A stretch of DNA of 45,634 nucleotides from Candidatus Woesebacteria bacterium UBA1430 (GTDB lineage: Bacteria; Patescibacteriota; Microgenomatia; UBA8517): contig DCTW01000009.1 of the NCBI GenBank assembly GCA_002329465.1, forward strand, positions 2,543-48,176, read 5' to 3'. Position 1 is the first letter of the stretch, and each line of letters opens with the position of its first letter. Under the pieces are notes generated by a model. That model saw only the letters and a program-made list of their open reading frames with translations. It ran no database searches and was not told the origin of the DNA. Positions 10,294-20,163 of the stretch are shown here, in pieces. Made by a program: the position numbers and the translations under genes.

Positions 10294-10961
10294 CTGCTTT
10301 GTTCTGTTTCCTCTACAGATTTTTCTTCGCTTTTAGCTTCCTCTTGAGGTGTTTCTTGTTCGGGCGCTTCTTCTTCGGGCGCTTCCTGAACTTCTTCTTT
10401 TTCTTCTTGGGGAGGTTCTACTTTAGCTACAATTGAATTTAAATCAAGTAGTATTTCGACTTTATTTTTATTATATTTAAGATCTTTGACCAAAATAGCG
10501 CTATCTACTTCTGTTAGCATTGATGTGTCTGCTTCGATTTCTTCCGGAAGATCTCCCGGAAGAGCTTCTACTTGGACTTCATTTATTTGCTGTACTACCG
10601 TGCCGAGCCCTGATTTTTCTGCAGGAGACTCTCCTATAAGAACGACGGGGACAGACGCGCTTACTTTTTCTTTAAGATTTATTTTTTTAAAATCGATGTG
10701 AAGGAAGTCGTTGTTTACAGGGTTTACTTGAACGTCAGCAACAAGTACTGGATGTTTTTGTTTTCCGACAGACAAATCAATAATGCCTGTTTCCCCAGCT
10801 TCTTCATATACTTTGGCGAAGTCGTAGTTTTGGATTTTTACAGCAAAGGACTTAATGTTTTTACCATAAACGTTGCCCGGAATAACTCCCGCCTTTCTTA
10901 GTTTTTTAACTTTTTTGCCGGTTTCTTTTCTGTTTTCTGCTTTTAATGCGTGTGTTGTCAT
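10290..10961 (-). CDS. rplY: 50S ribosomal protein L25/Ctc
   Basis: LRKAGVIPGNVYG, HIDF, VPVVLIGESPA, acidic tail. Confidence 0.96.
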   Translation of the reverse strand: MTTHALKAENRKETGKKVKKLRKAGVIPGNVYGKNIKSFAVKIQNYDFAKVYEEAGETGIIDLSVGKQKHPVLVADVQVNPVNNDFLHIDFKKINLKEKVSASVPVVLIGESPAEKSGLGTVVQQINEVQVEALPGDLPEEIEADTSMLTEVDSAILVKDLKYNKNKVEILLDLNSIVAKVEPPQEEKEEVQEAPEEEAPEQETPQEEAKSEEKSVEETEQSS

Positions 10962-10964
10962 GTG

Positions 10965-13505
10965 TTATTTCCAAAAGAATTTTCTGTTTATATCTTTTGC
11001 AAGAGTAATATTATATCCAATATAACCTCCTTCGGTCAAGAAATCGTTTGAGTCGGGATGGATATTTAACCCCCGAGCATTGATCATTAATCTAACCGGA
11101 TAAGGATTAACGCCCGGCTGTCTAATCCAGTTAACGCTTATAAAACCTGGTTTATTCGTATCTGCCGTAATTTTTTCCGACCAAGAAAAGGTGATCTGGT
11201 TTTCGCTTGACGGCGGAATGTCAATCAATACTCCCCCGTCTATTCTTTTGTTGTCCACGGTTTCTATTTCTAAATCTTTTTCTTGAATTTTTGCGTTTTT
11301 GACTATCTGAACTTTTTCAAACTCTGAACCTTTTTTGGTTATAAGTCTAAGGTAAGCTTTGTATCTTGTTTCCGGTTCTCGAGAGAGATCTTGTGACAAA
11401 TTTTTTATAAGTATAGTGAGTTTGTAATTAACTCTTTCTTTATCGAGACTAACCGTGAAATCAGCTTTCCTCTTTATATGCTTGTTTGCTTTGTTAACAC
11501 CCACGTTTGCTTCGTTTAGCGTAAACCACGTGTTTATACAGTTTCCGGAACACCTTACTTCTTTAAGGCTTCCGTCCCAACCAAATCTTGAGACAATTTT
11601 TTCAACTTCGCTGTTTTCAAAATAGAGTTGAATATCGTTTGACTCAAGGCTTTCGGAAAGAATTAGTGCAATATCTTTGTATTCAGACGGGCTTACTGTT
11701 TTTAATTTATCAATAAGTGAAAGCGAGATTGCAGTTAAATAATTTGCTTTTTTTCTTGAGCCGGGAAAAAAGTCGCTTTCAACTTCGTGTTGAATTTTGG
11801 TATAAAGATTGTCTGCTGTTATAATATCTTCGTAATCTGCTGCCTTGATTGGCCCCGTTTTTTCTAAGAGTTTGGATATTAAATCTAAGTTTATGCCAAC
11901 AACTCCGTTTACTTTCCTATCAATAGACTTGTCGAGAAACCACTCTATTCTTTTTGCTGTTTTTGGAAAATCGGGATCCCAATTGGAATCCCTTAAATAC
12001 CAAGAGGCTTCACCCAAATAATTTTTGATCGGATCCGGGGGTTTAACATAACCTTTGAGCTGTCCATCAACAGCATATACATCAAATACTTCTGTATCGA
12101 CAAGTTTTCCTTTACTAAAGGTAATCAATGCAAACGAACCAATAAATCCGCCTGTCGGTCTTAGCTCCATGTTGTTTTGAAGAAGTACCATATAGGTTTT
12201 TTCTTCTTCAAACCCAAGCATTTCCGGCAGCTGCCAAATTAAATCTTTTGAGGCGCTAACATAGATTCTAATTTTTGAAATATCGATGCTTGCTTTTTTA
12301 GCGAAACCAAATAAAGCGGTATTTTTTGTGGCCGCCTCTAAAAATGAGAGGTCTTTGTAGAGCAGGTCAAATTTATAGTATAGCTCTTGGGATATTGTTT
12401 CGATATTTGCACCGGAGTTTCCGTTTAATGCTAAATCCCCCAATGACGCAACGCCTGAAAGCGCTTCTTTGCCGTTTACGAACGAGGAGTTTGCAAGCTC
12501 AAGAACGTATTGAGCATTTATCAGCGGAGTGTATAAATTTTTTATCAAAGGCACTTTTAAATATGTTTTTATTATTGGTTTTTGAATTGTTGTTTGTTTA
12601 TCCGATAGAACAAGAGCATAAGAGGACAGTTTTATTTCATTTTTAAGATAAAATTTGTATGAAGCAAAAAGCGAGAGCGTGCTAAACAAAATTAAAACAT
12701 AAGGAGCAAGAAGTAAAATAAAGAATGAAAACAGAATAAGAGGAATGTTTGTTTTGGGGGTTTTAATATTAAAACGTTTGCTTTTTATTTTTTCCTTTTT
12801 AGTTTTATCAAGTGCTTTTTCGATGTAGCTTTTGGCAGAAAGGTCTATATCTAACGTTGATAGCGGTTCCGGAAAAAATTTGTGTGTTTTTGTTTTTTTT
12901 GTTGTGATAATTTTAAGACCGCTTATATACGAGGAGAGTTCTTGAGCGAATTCAGAAGCGCTGACTATTTTGGCAACTAAGATTGGTTTTGCTTGACTAT
13001 ATGTAAAGAGCTCTTGTGAAATAATCTTTGCTGTTTTTTCTTGTTCTATTAGATAGAATTTGTCGTTCGGGTTTATTTTTATCTTACGACTTTTTATTGC
13101 TTTTTTAATTAACGCTTCTATGCTGTTTGTTTTTTCTTCTGCAAAGTTTACGGGAAGGCCCGTGATTATTATTTTTGAATTGACCAAGCCCGTCGTTTTT
13201 TTAAAAATTTTTTTATTTATAGTGTCAACGCTAAAAACAATGAGAGATTTGGGTTTAAATTGCTTTATGATTTTAAGCGATTCTGCTAGATATTTTGTGT
13301 TTGTAAAATTAAGAGACAGTATGTAGTCGGGTTTAAAGTTTTTTAGGTCGCTTGTTTTTAACGTCCTAACTGTTTGCGACTTACTAACCCAATTGCTTTT
13401 ATCGCTAACAACAAATATATAAAAATTGTTTTCTTTAAACAAATCAATAAGCTTTATTGCAATCTTCGATTTGTCTGTAATAAGAAGTATTGTAGGTAAT
13501 TGCAT
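10965..13505 (-). CDS. DUF4012-domain membrane protein with a degenerate N-terminal Rossmann-like region
   Basis: YMVLLQNNMELRPTGGFIGSF, LRDSNWDPDFP and NEANVGVNKAN; TM near residues 255-285. Confidence 0.85.
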   Translation of the reverse strand: MQLPTILLITDKSKIAIKLIDLFKENNFYIFVVSDKSNWVSKSQTVRTLKTSDLKNFKPDYILSLNFTNTKYLAESLKIIKQFKPKSLIVFSVDTINKKIFKKTTGLVNSKIIITGLPVNFAEEKTNSIEALIKKAIKSRKIKINPNDKFYLIEQEKTAKIISQELFTYSQAKPILVAKIVSASEFAQELSSYISGLKIITTKKTKTHKFFPEPLSTLDIDLSAKSYIEKALDKTKKEKIKSKRFNIKTPKTNIPLILFSFFILLLAPYVLILFSTLSLFASYKFYLKNEIKLSSYALVLSDKQTTIQKPIIKTYLKVPLIKNLYTPLINAQYVLELANSSFVNGKEALSGVASLGDLALNGNSGANIETISQELYYKFDLLYKDLSFLEAATKNTALFGFAKKASIDISKIRIYVSASKDLIWQLPEMLGFEEEKTYMVLLQNNMELRPTGGFIGSFALITFSKGKLVDTEVFDVYAVDGQLKGYVKPPDPIKNYLGEASWYLRDSNWDPDFPKTAKRIEWFLDKSIDRKVNGVVGINLDLISKLLEKTGPIKAADYEDIITADNLYTKIQHEVESDFFPGSRKKANYLTAISLSLIDKLKTVSPSEYKDIALILSESLESNDIQLYFENSEVEKIVSRFGWDGSLKEVRCSGNCINTWFTLNEANVGVNKANKHIKRKADFTVSLDKERVNYKLTILIKNLSQDLSREPETRYKAYLRLITKKGSEFEKVQIVKNAKIQEKDLEIETVDNKRIDGGVLIDIPPSSENQITFSWSEKITADTNKPGFISVNWIRQPGVNPYPVRLMINARGLNIHPDSNDFLTEGGYIGYNITLAKDINRKFFWK

Positions 13506-13669
13506 TATATTAAATGATATCCGCCTTGGCTTGTATTCATCAAGTAATGAAATTTGTAAATATGATTTGTTTATTTAAAGAGGCACTTTAATAGACTAAA
13601 GATCCATGTGAAGAATTTGCCGATAGTTTTCTTGCATAGGCTTAATTTTTCTTTTCAAAGCATGTAGCA

Positions 13670-14101
13670 TTACTTTTCAGGTGACAGATTTTGTGTGTTT
13701 AATGCTTGATTAACAAGCTTGTCTGCTTCGAAGTTTTCTTCTCTTGGGACATTTGTATAAGAAACACTAAAGGGCATTTCTTTAACAATTTTTTTTATTT
13801 TAATTATATAGCGCGCAAGGATTTTGCTTTTTATTTTATATATTCCTTTTAGTTGTTTAGTGACGAGTTCGGAATCAAAAACAAACTGCACTTCTGATCC
13901 TGCATCTACAACATTTTTATGCGCCCACTGGTGAGCCATAAGGGCTGCTTGATATTCCGCTTCGTTGTTTGTTGCTATTCCCAGATACTTATTTTGTTTA
14001 TAGATTGTTTTGCCGTTTTTGTTCACGACATATGCCGCAGCAGCGGGGCCCGGGTTCCCACGAGAACCCCCATCGCAAAATATGTAATACACATCATGCA
14101 T
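13670..14101 (-). CDS. rnhA: Ribonuclease HI family protein
   Basis: FCDGGSRGNPGPAA, ATNNEAEY, DSELV, VPREENFEADKLVN. Confidence 0.92.
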   Translation of the reverse strand: MHDVYYIFCDGGSRGNPGPAAAAYVVNKNGKTIYKQNKYLGIATNNEAEYQAALMAHQWAHKNVVDAGSEVQFVFDSELVTKQLKGIYKIKSKILARYIIKIKKIVKEMPFSVSYTNVPREENFEADKLVNQALNTQNLSPEK

Positions 14102-14112
14102 AACTACTTAAT

Positions 14113-15342
14113 TTACATGAGAGCGATCGCAAAAACAAGCGAGGATAGTAAGACGTTTTGTTGTAGAGTAAACCAATAATGATCAAGAAACGCTGTAACA
14201 AATATTGCAAGCATAACTAAATTAAATTTTTGGTTTTTGTTTTTTGAGATAATTGAAAGCGCTATAAATATAAATAAAAGAAATCCAATAAGACCTGTTT
14301 CCGAAATGATTAACAAATAAACGTTGTGTACCGGCTGTATCCACCAATCTTCTCTTAAATTGTTAAACATATACGTTTCGCGATAAAAATCCGGGAGATT
14401 AACTAAAAAATTCCCTAAACCAACTCCTATTAGGGGTTTTTGTGAAATTATTAATCCTGATAGTTCATTCAACTCCAGGCGTTTTGTAAAGTATTGTTTG
14501 TTAATATATCTAGCGTTGTCTAATCCAACAAGTTTACTTGACAATAAAGGCAAGGCGATAGAGGATGCAGCTAGCGCTAAAAATAAGATTTTAATTACAT
14601 ACTTTTTTTTATATAGTTTTAGGATGTAGAGTGCGGCTATTACAAAAAGAGATGCCCATGCGTTTTGGGAATAGGTCAAAAAAAAGGATACAAAGGAAAA
14701 AAGAAGCGCTATTTTATAAAAGGAGCTTAATTTTTTATTTAATGACAGGATTATTAAAATTTCCACCAAAATAAAACCTGCAAAGGAGTTCGGGTGTGAA
14801 AACGTTGAATAGGGGCGTAAATATTCTTTTCCAAATAACGTAAATGTTGCTATTGATGGCATAGAAATTGAAAAACTTCTTTCGCCAAGCCAATAGAATA
14901 TTCCTTCGATGCTTTTTTTGCTAAAAAATTGAAACAGTCCGAGAAGGGAAGTGTAAATTAAGGAAATTGAAACAGGAAAATATATGTCTTTATCTGACTT
15001 TGAAATTTTTCCAATAATTACTGTAAGCAAAATTGCTTCGGTTAGTTTAATCCATTTTAACAGAGCTATTGCCGGAATTTTAGAGTTTAAGATATTAATA
15101 ACAATAAAAATTATGAAAATCATTGCCAAAAATTTTTTGAATGAAATTGGCTTCATCACAATTTTTTTGAAATTTAGTATGATAATTAATAAAGCAAGAA
15201 CGTCGGTGAAATATATTACCGGTGAAAGATAGTCTATCCTTAGGCCATTAATAAGCGCAAATTCAGGCCAAAAATGAAGTCCGAGCTGTGAAGGAAGAAA
15301 GAGAATAAAAAGAAAGAGCAGAATTCTATTTAAAAAATTCAC
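14113..15342 (-). CDS. O-antigen ligase / O-oligosaccharyltransferase-family (Wzy_C) membrane protein
   Basis: Multi-TM; RPYSTFSHPNSFAGF, LTYSQNAW, PLIGVGLGNF, PVHNVYLLIISETG. Confidence 0.85.
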   Translation of the reverse strand: MNFLNRILLFLFILFLPSQLGLHFWPEFALINGLRIDYLSPVIYFTDVLALLIIILNFKKIVMKPISFKKFLAMIFIIFIVINILNSKIPAIALLKWIKLTEAILLTVIIGKISKSDKDIYFPVSISLIYTSLLGLFQFFSKKSIEGIFYWLGERSFSISMPSIATFTLFGKEYLRPYSTFSHPNSFAGFILVEILIILSLNKKLSSFYKIALLFSFVSFFLTYSQNAWASLFVIAALYILKLYKKKYVIKILFLALAASSIALPLLSSKLVGLDNARYINKQYFTKRLELNELSGLIISQKPLIGVGLGNFLVNLPDFYRETYMFNNLREDWWIQPVHNVYLLIISETGLIGFLLFIFIALSIISKNKNQKFNLVMLAIFVTAFLDHYWFTLQQNVLLSSLVFAIALM

Positions 15343-15812
15343 TTTGTTTTAACAACAAGAAACCTTGATGCACCTTCTCCTTCCGACTGTGTGACGATGT
15401 CGTCAAAGCCTGAAAGGTGAGTGTGTACAATTCTTCTTTGAAACGGGGTGAGATTATACAAGTACTGCGGTTCTCCTGTAGATCTTGCTCTTTCTGCCGC
15501 CTGGTTAGCAAGACTTTTAAGATAATCTGCGTGCCTTGCTCTCCATTCGCCTACGTCAAGAGAAACTCTTGTCCACTCCCCGGTTTTTTGCCTTAGAGCC
15601 ATGGCAACAAAAGATTGTAGAGCGTTTAAATTTGATCCTTTGGCGCCTATTAAAATGCCCGACTCTTCAGGCGCTAAAATTTCCATATTGATAACGTTTT
15701 CGCCGTTTTCCGTGCTAAGATTTGAAACTACTTCTCCTTTGATCCCAATAAGCTTTAAGAGTTCTTTTAAAATCTGTGTTGACTCTTTTTCGAGGTCTAT
15801 TTTTTTTGGCAT
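15339..15812 (-). CDS. jag: Jag/KhpB (EloR)-like RNA-binding protein, KH plus R3H only
   Basis: LIGAKGSNLNALQ (KH) and QRRIVH (R3H), EGEGASRFLVV; downstream of yidC. Confidence 0.9.
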   Translation of the reverse strand: MPKKIDLEKESTQILKELLKLIGIKGEVVSNLSTENGENVINMEILAPEESGILIGAKGSNLNALQSFVAMALRQKTGEWTRVSLDVGEWRARHADYLKSLANQAAERARSTGEPQYLYNLTPFQRRIVHTHLSGFDDIVTQSEGEGASRFLVVKTK

Positions 15813-15818
15813 TTTAAG

Positions 15819-16634
15819 TCAAGCTGATTTTAGCAGATTGATTCGTTCAATCCAAGGGGTAAGTCCTCCCCATCCTGTTGATCTAAATTGCTGCACCGCT
15901 TGATATAGTGAGAACAAAAACCAATAAATTGCAAGTCCCGACGGGAAGCTTATACCAATTAGCAATGTCATAATAGGAAACGTATAGATCATTGACGATT
16001 GCATTGCTACCTGAAAATCGTCAATGTCTGATTTGGTTTTTTTGGCCTTTTTTTGTTCTTCTTTTACATAAGGTGCTGTCATTTTTGCAGATAAAAATTG
16101 CGTAAGGGCAGAAAGAATTATAAAAGGACCGGGAATAGGAAAAGGCAGGCCCGGGAGTCTAATTACATCAGGCTTTGTTACGTCTAAATATAAAAACTTC
16201 GTGTTTATCACCGTGTCGCTACTGAATTTGACAGAATCGTAGAGCATTTCGTTAAATTTAGAAGTTACATCTCCATTCGAGACCAATATTCCAGTGAACA
16301 CCCTAAAAAGAGCTATAAGAATAATTATTTGAAGAAGATAGGGTAAACAACCCGATCCGGGGTTTATGCCTTTTTCTTTATAAAAATCCGCCTGTGCTTT
16401 CATAAGTTTAGCTTTATCGTCTTTATGTCTTTTTTTTAATTTATCTAAATCTTTTGAATGCTGCTTCATTTTTTTCATTGATTCCATGTATGGCTTTGTC
16501 AGGGGCGTAAGAAGAAGCCTTAAAAAAAGAGAGAACGCAATAATTGCAACTCCCATGTTTCCGCCAAAAAGTTTGTAGAAAACGGCAAGTCCGTTCGCGA
16601 GCGGTTCGATTAGTAAAATTCTAAAAATATCCAT
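15819..16634 (-). CDS. yidC: Membrane protein insertase YidC (short form)
   Basis: GVAII..LRLLLTPL, INPGSGCLPYLLQ, FPSGLAIYW. Confidence 0.94.
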   Translation of the reverse strand: MDIFRILLIEPLANGLAVFYKLFGGNMGVAIIAFSLFLRLLLTPLTKPYMESMKKMKQHSKDLDKLKKRHKDDKAKLMKAQADFYKEKGINPGSGCLPYLLQIIILIALFRVFTGILVSNGDVTSKFNEMLYDSVKFSSDTVINTKFLYLDVTKPDVIRLPGLPFPIPGPFIILSALTQFLSAKMTAPYVKEEQKKAKKTKSDIDDFQVAMQSSMIYTFPIMTLLIGISFPSGLAIYWFLFSLYQAVQQFRSTGWGGLTPWIERINLLKSA

Positions 16635-16635
16635 T

Positions 16636-16863
16636 TTATTTTAATACCGGATCGTAGCCACCTTTGGACCAGGGGTGGCATCTTAAAATGCGTTTAATGC
16701 TTAAAAGTAATCCCATTATAACTCCTCGCGTACTTATCGCTTGGTGTGCATATTCTGAGCAGGTAGGTTCGAAACGGCAACCCGTGCCAAAAAATGATCT
16801 AAGTACAATTGAAATGGTAGCTTTATAAAATTTGATTGATATTAACAGAATTTTTTTAGGCAT
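16636..16863 (-). CDS. yidD: Membrane protein insertion efficiency factor YidD
   Basis: CRFEPTCSEY, RILRCHPWSKGGYDPV. Confidence 0.96.
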   Translation of the reverse strand: MPKKILLISIKFYKATISIVLRSFFGTGCRFEPTCSEYAHQAISTRGVIMGLLLSIKRILRCHPWSKGGYDPVLK

Positions 16864-17212
16864 TGTTAGCTATAAACAAATTGGCTTTTTTAAGTGCTTC
16901 GTCGAGTTCTTTCATAATTTCCGGCGTGTATTTTTTTATAATAACGGGTTTGGCAATTATTAGACAAAGGTGGCCTTTTTTAACGGCAAAAATAGATCTT
17001 CTTGCGCCTTCGCTTAATGCTCTTTTGGCTTTGTTTCTTAAGCTTGCTTTTTTAGAAACTTTTGTTGTGACTATAAAACCAAATTTTGATACAGGTGCGT
17101 TTTTGTCATAATAATATCTAAGGGTAAACGATTCCGAATCTAATGACTTGCCTTTTTTTTTGATTAAATCAAAATCAGACCTGTCTTTAAGCATAAATTT
17201 TCTGGCAAGCAT
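16856..17212 (-). CDS. rnpA: Ribonuclease P protein component
   Basis: KFGFIVTTKVSKKASLRNKAKR (RNR-motif region); canonical synteny. Confidence 0.92.
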   Translation of the reverse strand: MLARKFMLKDRSDFDLIKKKGKSLDSESFTLRYYYDKNAPVSKFGFIVTTKVSKKASLRNKAKRALSEGARRSIFAVKKGHLCLIIAKPVIIKKYTPEIMKELDEALKKANLFIANNA

Positions 17213-17215
17213 GGT

Positions 17216-17353
17216 TTAGTGGGTAAGTCTTTTTCTTCCTTTAAGTTTTCTTCTTTGGAGAATTTTAACTCCCTTTTTTGTTTTAGTTCTTGCGCGATAA
17301 CCAAATTTTCTAGCTTTTTTAATTTTACTTGGCTGATAGGTTCTTTTTGGCAT
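17216..17353 (-). CDS. rpmH: 50S ribosomal protein L34 (absent from the ORF track)
   Basis: Manual translation gives [45 protein letters not shown], 45 aa. Confidence 0.96.
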   Translation of the reverse strand: MPKRTYQPSKIKKARKFGYRARTKTKKGVKILQRRKLKGRKRLTH

Positions 17354-17428
17354 ATCAAATGAGATTATAACACAAAAGGTTTTTGTTTTTACAATAGATT
17401 AATTTTTATGTTTCGCGTTTTTTAAGGG

Positions 17429-17457
17429 TTGACGAAATGTGGATAACTTATTAGTTT
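17429..17457 (+). promoter_or_regulatory. Putative dnaA promoter containing a perfect DnaA box
   Basis: TTGACG (17429-34), 17-nt spacer, TAGTTT (17452-57); TGTGGATAA lies at 17438-17446 inside the spacer. Confidence 0.7.
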
Positions 17458-17467
17458 AAGGCTATCA

Positions 17468-18835
17468 ATGACGGATCTTGACAAGAATAAATTGTGGAGG
17501 GAAATGCTTGGCAGTTTGAGGCTTTCTGTTTCGCCGGCAATATTTTCGACGTGGTTATCACAAACGAGCTTGATTAATATAAAAAAAACAAACGGCAGGT
17601 TTAATGCAGAGATTGGATGTGCATCTTCTTTTATTAAGGCAACGCTTGAAACCAGGTATTTCGGCTTAATTCAAGATTCTCTTTCCGAAAGTCTTGATGC
17701 ACCGGTTAATATCAATTTTGTGGTTAAACAACAGTCCAAGCCGTCGAATAAAGAAGATTCTTTTTCTACACCTCTTTTTGAAAAAAACGATACAAACCAG
17801 GGACGTATTGAAAAAGCCGCTTCGCTTAATATCCGCGCCGGATTTACTTTTTCTAATTTTGCAGTTTCAGGATCAAACCAGATGGCACATGCCGCTGCCG
17901 AAGCCGTAGCTTCTAGGCCGGGAAGCGCTTATAATCCGCTTTTTATTTGGGGGGGTGTGGGGGTTGGAAAAACACACTTGATGCACGCTGTTGGACACAA
18001 GCTGCTTGAAAAAAATATTAATACAAAAATAGTTGTCTGTACTGGGGAAGATTTTACAAACGACATTGTAGAGGGCATTAGAAACAAAACAACACAATCG
18101 TTCAGAAATAAATATAGAAGGCTTGATGCTTTATTTATTGATGATATTCAATTTATTGCAGGAAAAGACGCCGTACAGGATGAATTTTTCCATACTTTTA
18201 ACGCCGTAACCGGAGCCGGAGGACAGATTATTCTCACCTCCGATAAGCCACCAAGCGATATCCCAAGGCTTGAAGAGCGTTTAAAAAGCCGTTTTGAAGC
18301 AGGGCTTATTGTTGATATTGGGCAACCTGATTTTGAATTAAGATGTGCAATTACCCAGATTAAGGCTTCGGAAAAGGGAATTTCTTTGCCTACCGAGATA
18401 ATTCATCTTATTGCCGGAAACATTGATACTGCCAGAAAAATAGAGGGCTTTTTAATCAGACTTTCATCCGAAGCCAATCTTAAACACGCCGCGTTAACCG
18501 AGGATTTTGTAAAAAATCTTCTTGGAAAGAAAGAGAATGGAATAGATACAAAAATTAAGTCTCCGGATGAGGTTATTGAGGCTGTGTGTAACCATTTTTC
18601 GATTAGTAAAAGAGCAATGACGGGCAAAGCACGGGCCAGAATGATAGCCAGACCAAGACAAGTGCTTATGTATATTTTAAGAACCGAGCTTGGTCTTCCT
18701 TTGGAGGAGATTGGAAGAATTCTTGGAGGAAGAGACCATTCAACTGTAATACACGCCGTGGATAAAATAACTAATTTAGCCTCAAACGATGAACAAATTC
18801 GTGAGGATATTTTGCAGATAAAAAATATTTTTTGA
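17468..18835 (+). CDS. dnaA: Chromosomal replication initiator DnaA
   Basis: YNPLFIWGGVGVGKTHL, FIDDIQF, RLKSRF, GGRDHSTVIHA. Confidence 0.99.
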   Translation: MTDLDKNKLWREMLGSLRLSVSPAIFSTWLSQTSLINIKKTNGRFNAEIGCASSFIKATLETRYFGLIQDSLSESLDAPVNINFVVKQQSKPSNKEDSFSTPLFEKNDTNQGRIEKAASLNIRAGFTFSNFAVSGSNQMAHAAAEAVASRPGSAYNPLFIWGGVGVGKTHLMHAVGHKLLEKNINTKIVVCTGEDFTNDIVEGIRNKTTQSFRNKYRRLDALFIDDIQFIAGKDAVQDEFFHTFNAVTGAGGQIILTSDKPPSDIPRLEERLKSRFEAGLIVDIGQPDFELRCAITQIKASEKGISLPTEIIHLIAGNIDTARKIEGFLIRLSSEANLKHAALTEDFVKNLLGKKENGIDTKIKSPDEVIEAVCNHFSISKRAMTGKARARMIARPRQVLMYILRTELGLPLEEIGRILGGRDHSTVIHAVDKITNLASNDEQIREDILQIKNIF

Positions 18836-19020
18836 GGATAAGTTATTGATAAAATATTGATTTATCAACTTATCCACAAATATAATAATTTTATTCACAT
18901 TTTTATCCACATTTTTTCATACTTAATATTAACAATGGATTTTCAACTTAAACAAGCAAGATAAATCAACATATCAACAGTCCCTACTACTACTATTACT
19001 AATTAATATTAGGAATTGAA
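18833..19020. other. Replication origin oriC
   Basis: dnaA-dnaN intergenic region. Perfect TTATCCACA at 18870-78 and 18903-11; variants TGAGGATAA 18833-41, TTATTCACA 18891-99 and ATATCAACA 18971-79; then GTCCC, CTA/TAC trimer repeats (18984-19001) and an AT-rich tract. Confidence 0.93.
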
Positions 19021-19051
19021 AAAAAATAAAACTTGAATATAATTTTTAGTA

Positions 19052-20155
19052 ATGAAGGCAATTGTTTTAAGAAATGAACTTTCGAAAATTTTGAGTATTG
19101 CTACCAGATTTACTTCAACAAGGTCACAGCTTCCGATACTTGAAAATAGTGTTATTAAAACATCCAAAAATAAAATTTATGTTATGGCAACCAATCTTGA
19201 AAATTCTTTTTGCGGATCTATTGCTGCAAAAATAAGTAAAGAAGGTGATATTGCGGTACCTGCCAGAAATTTTTCTGAAATACTTTTAAATTTAGCTTAC
19301 GAGACGGTAAATTTAGAATCTAAAAATGAGACGTTTTTAGTAACATCGGATGCTTTTCGCGCAAATTTAGCAGGAATGAACACTTCAGATTTCCCTAGTA
19401 TTCCAGAAAAAATCGGCAAGGATGTAAAAAAAGTTAATTTTGAGAATTTTTCGGATATGTTAGGTAAAGTGCTTTTTAGTGTGTCTCGAGACGAAACCAG
19501 GCCTATTTTAACGGGGGTTTTGTTTGTTTTTCAAGGAGATAGTCTTCTTCTTGTTTCGTCTGATGGATTTAGGCTGTCATCTGTCAAGTTTTTATTGGGA
19601 GAAAAAGTAAAGCCATGTAAGTTTATAGTTCCTAGAAATATTTTAGCTGAAATTTCCCGTTTTAGGGATGTTGAAGAAATGCTTGATTTTGAGTACAGAA
19701 GTGATGAGAACCAGGTGCTATTTGGTTTTGACGGAAATATTTTTTCCAGTAGGTTGATTGAGGGCGATTTCCCTGATTTTGAAAAAATAGTCCCTAAGAG
19801 TTATGACGTAAAAATTAATGTTTCAAAAGAAGATTTGTTAAGAGCTATTAAGCTTGCTTCTGTTTTTGCTCGTGATAGTGCCAATACTGTTAAATTGAAA
19901 GTTTTAGACGGAAGTATAGAGCTTGCTTCCGAGAGTTCACGGTCGGGAAGCCAAACTATTAAAATAGACGCGAAGGTTGATGGTGGAGAAGTTGAAATTT
20001 TTTATAATTACCGCTTTATTGAGGAGTTTTTGAATGTAGTTGATGGGGATGAGGTAATTATTGAATTAACAGATTCTATGTCTCCCGGGGTGTTTAAGGG
20101 TAAAAATGGGAGCGATTTTTACCATATAATTATGCCTGTTAAAACTCAGGAGTAA
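19052..20155 (+). CDS. dnaN: DNA polymerase III beta sliding clamp
   Basis: ATNLE, RPILTGV, SSDGFRLS, SRLIEGDFPDF, IIMPVK. Confidence 0.98.
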   Translation: MKAIVLRNELSKILSIATRFTSTRSQLPILENSVIKTSKNKIYVMATNLENSFCGSIAAKISKEGDIAVPARNFSEILLNLAYETVNLESKNETFLVTSDAFRANLAGMNTSDFPSIPEKIGKDVKKVNFENFSDMLGKVLFSVSRDETRPILTGVLFVFQGDSLLLVSSDGFRLSSVKFLLGEKVKPCKFIVPRNILAEISRFRDVEEMLDFEYRSDENQVLFGFDGNIFSSRLIEGDFPDFEKIVPKSYDVKINVSKEDLLRAIKLASVFARDSANTVKLKVLDGSIELASESSRSGSQTIKIDAKVDGGEVEIFYNYRFIEEFLNVVDGDEVIIELTDSMSPGVFKGKNGSDFYHIIMPVKTQE

Positions 20156-20163
20156 GATTTGAG

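Noticed and set aside
13506-13669. Small ORF, UGA-readthrough peptide or ncRNA in the rnhA-DUF4012 gap
   Set aside because: Only a 24-codon ORF, or a frame needing UGA readthrough; no convincing stem-loops, so unsupported.
17164-17358. 64-aa ORF from the track
   Set aside because: Wrong frame; the real gene here is rpmH (17216-17353).
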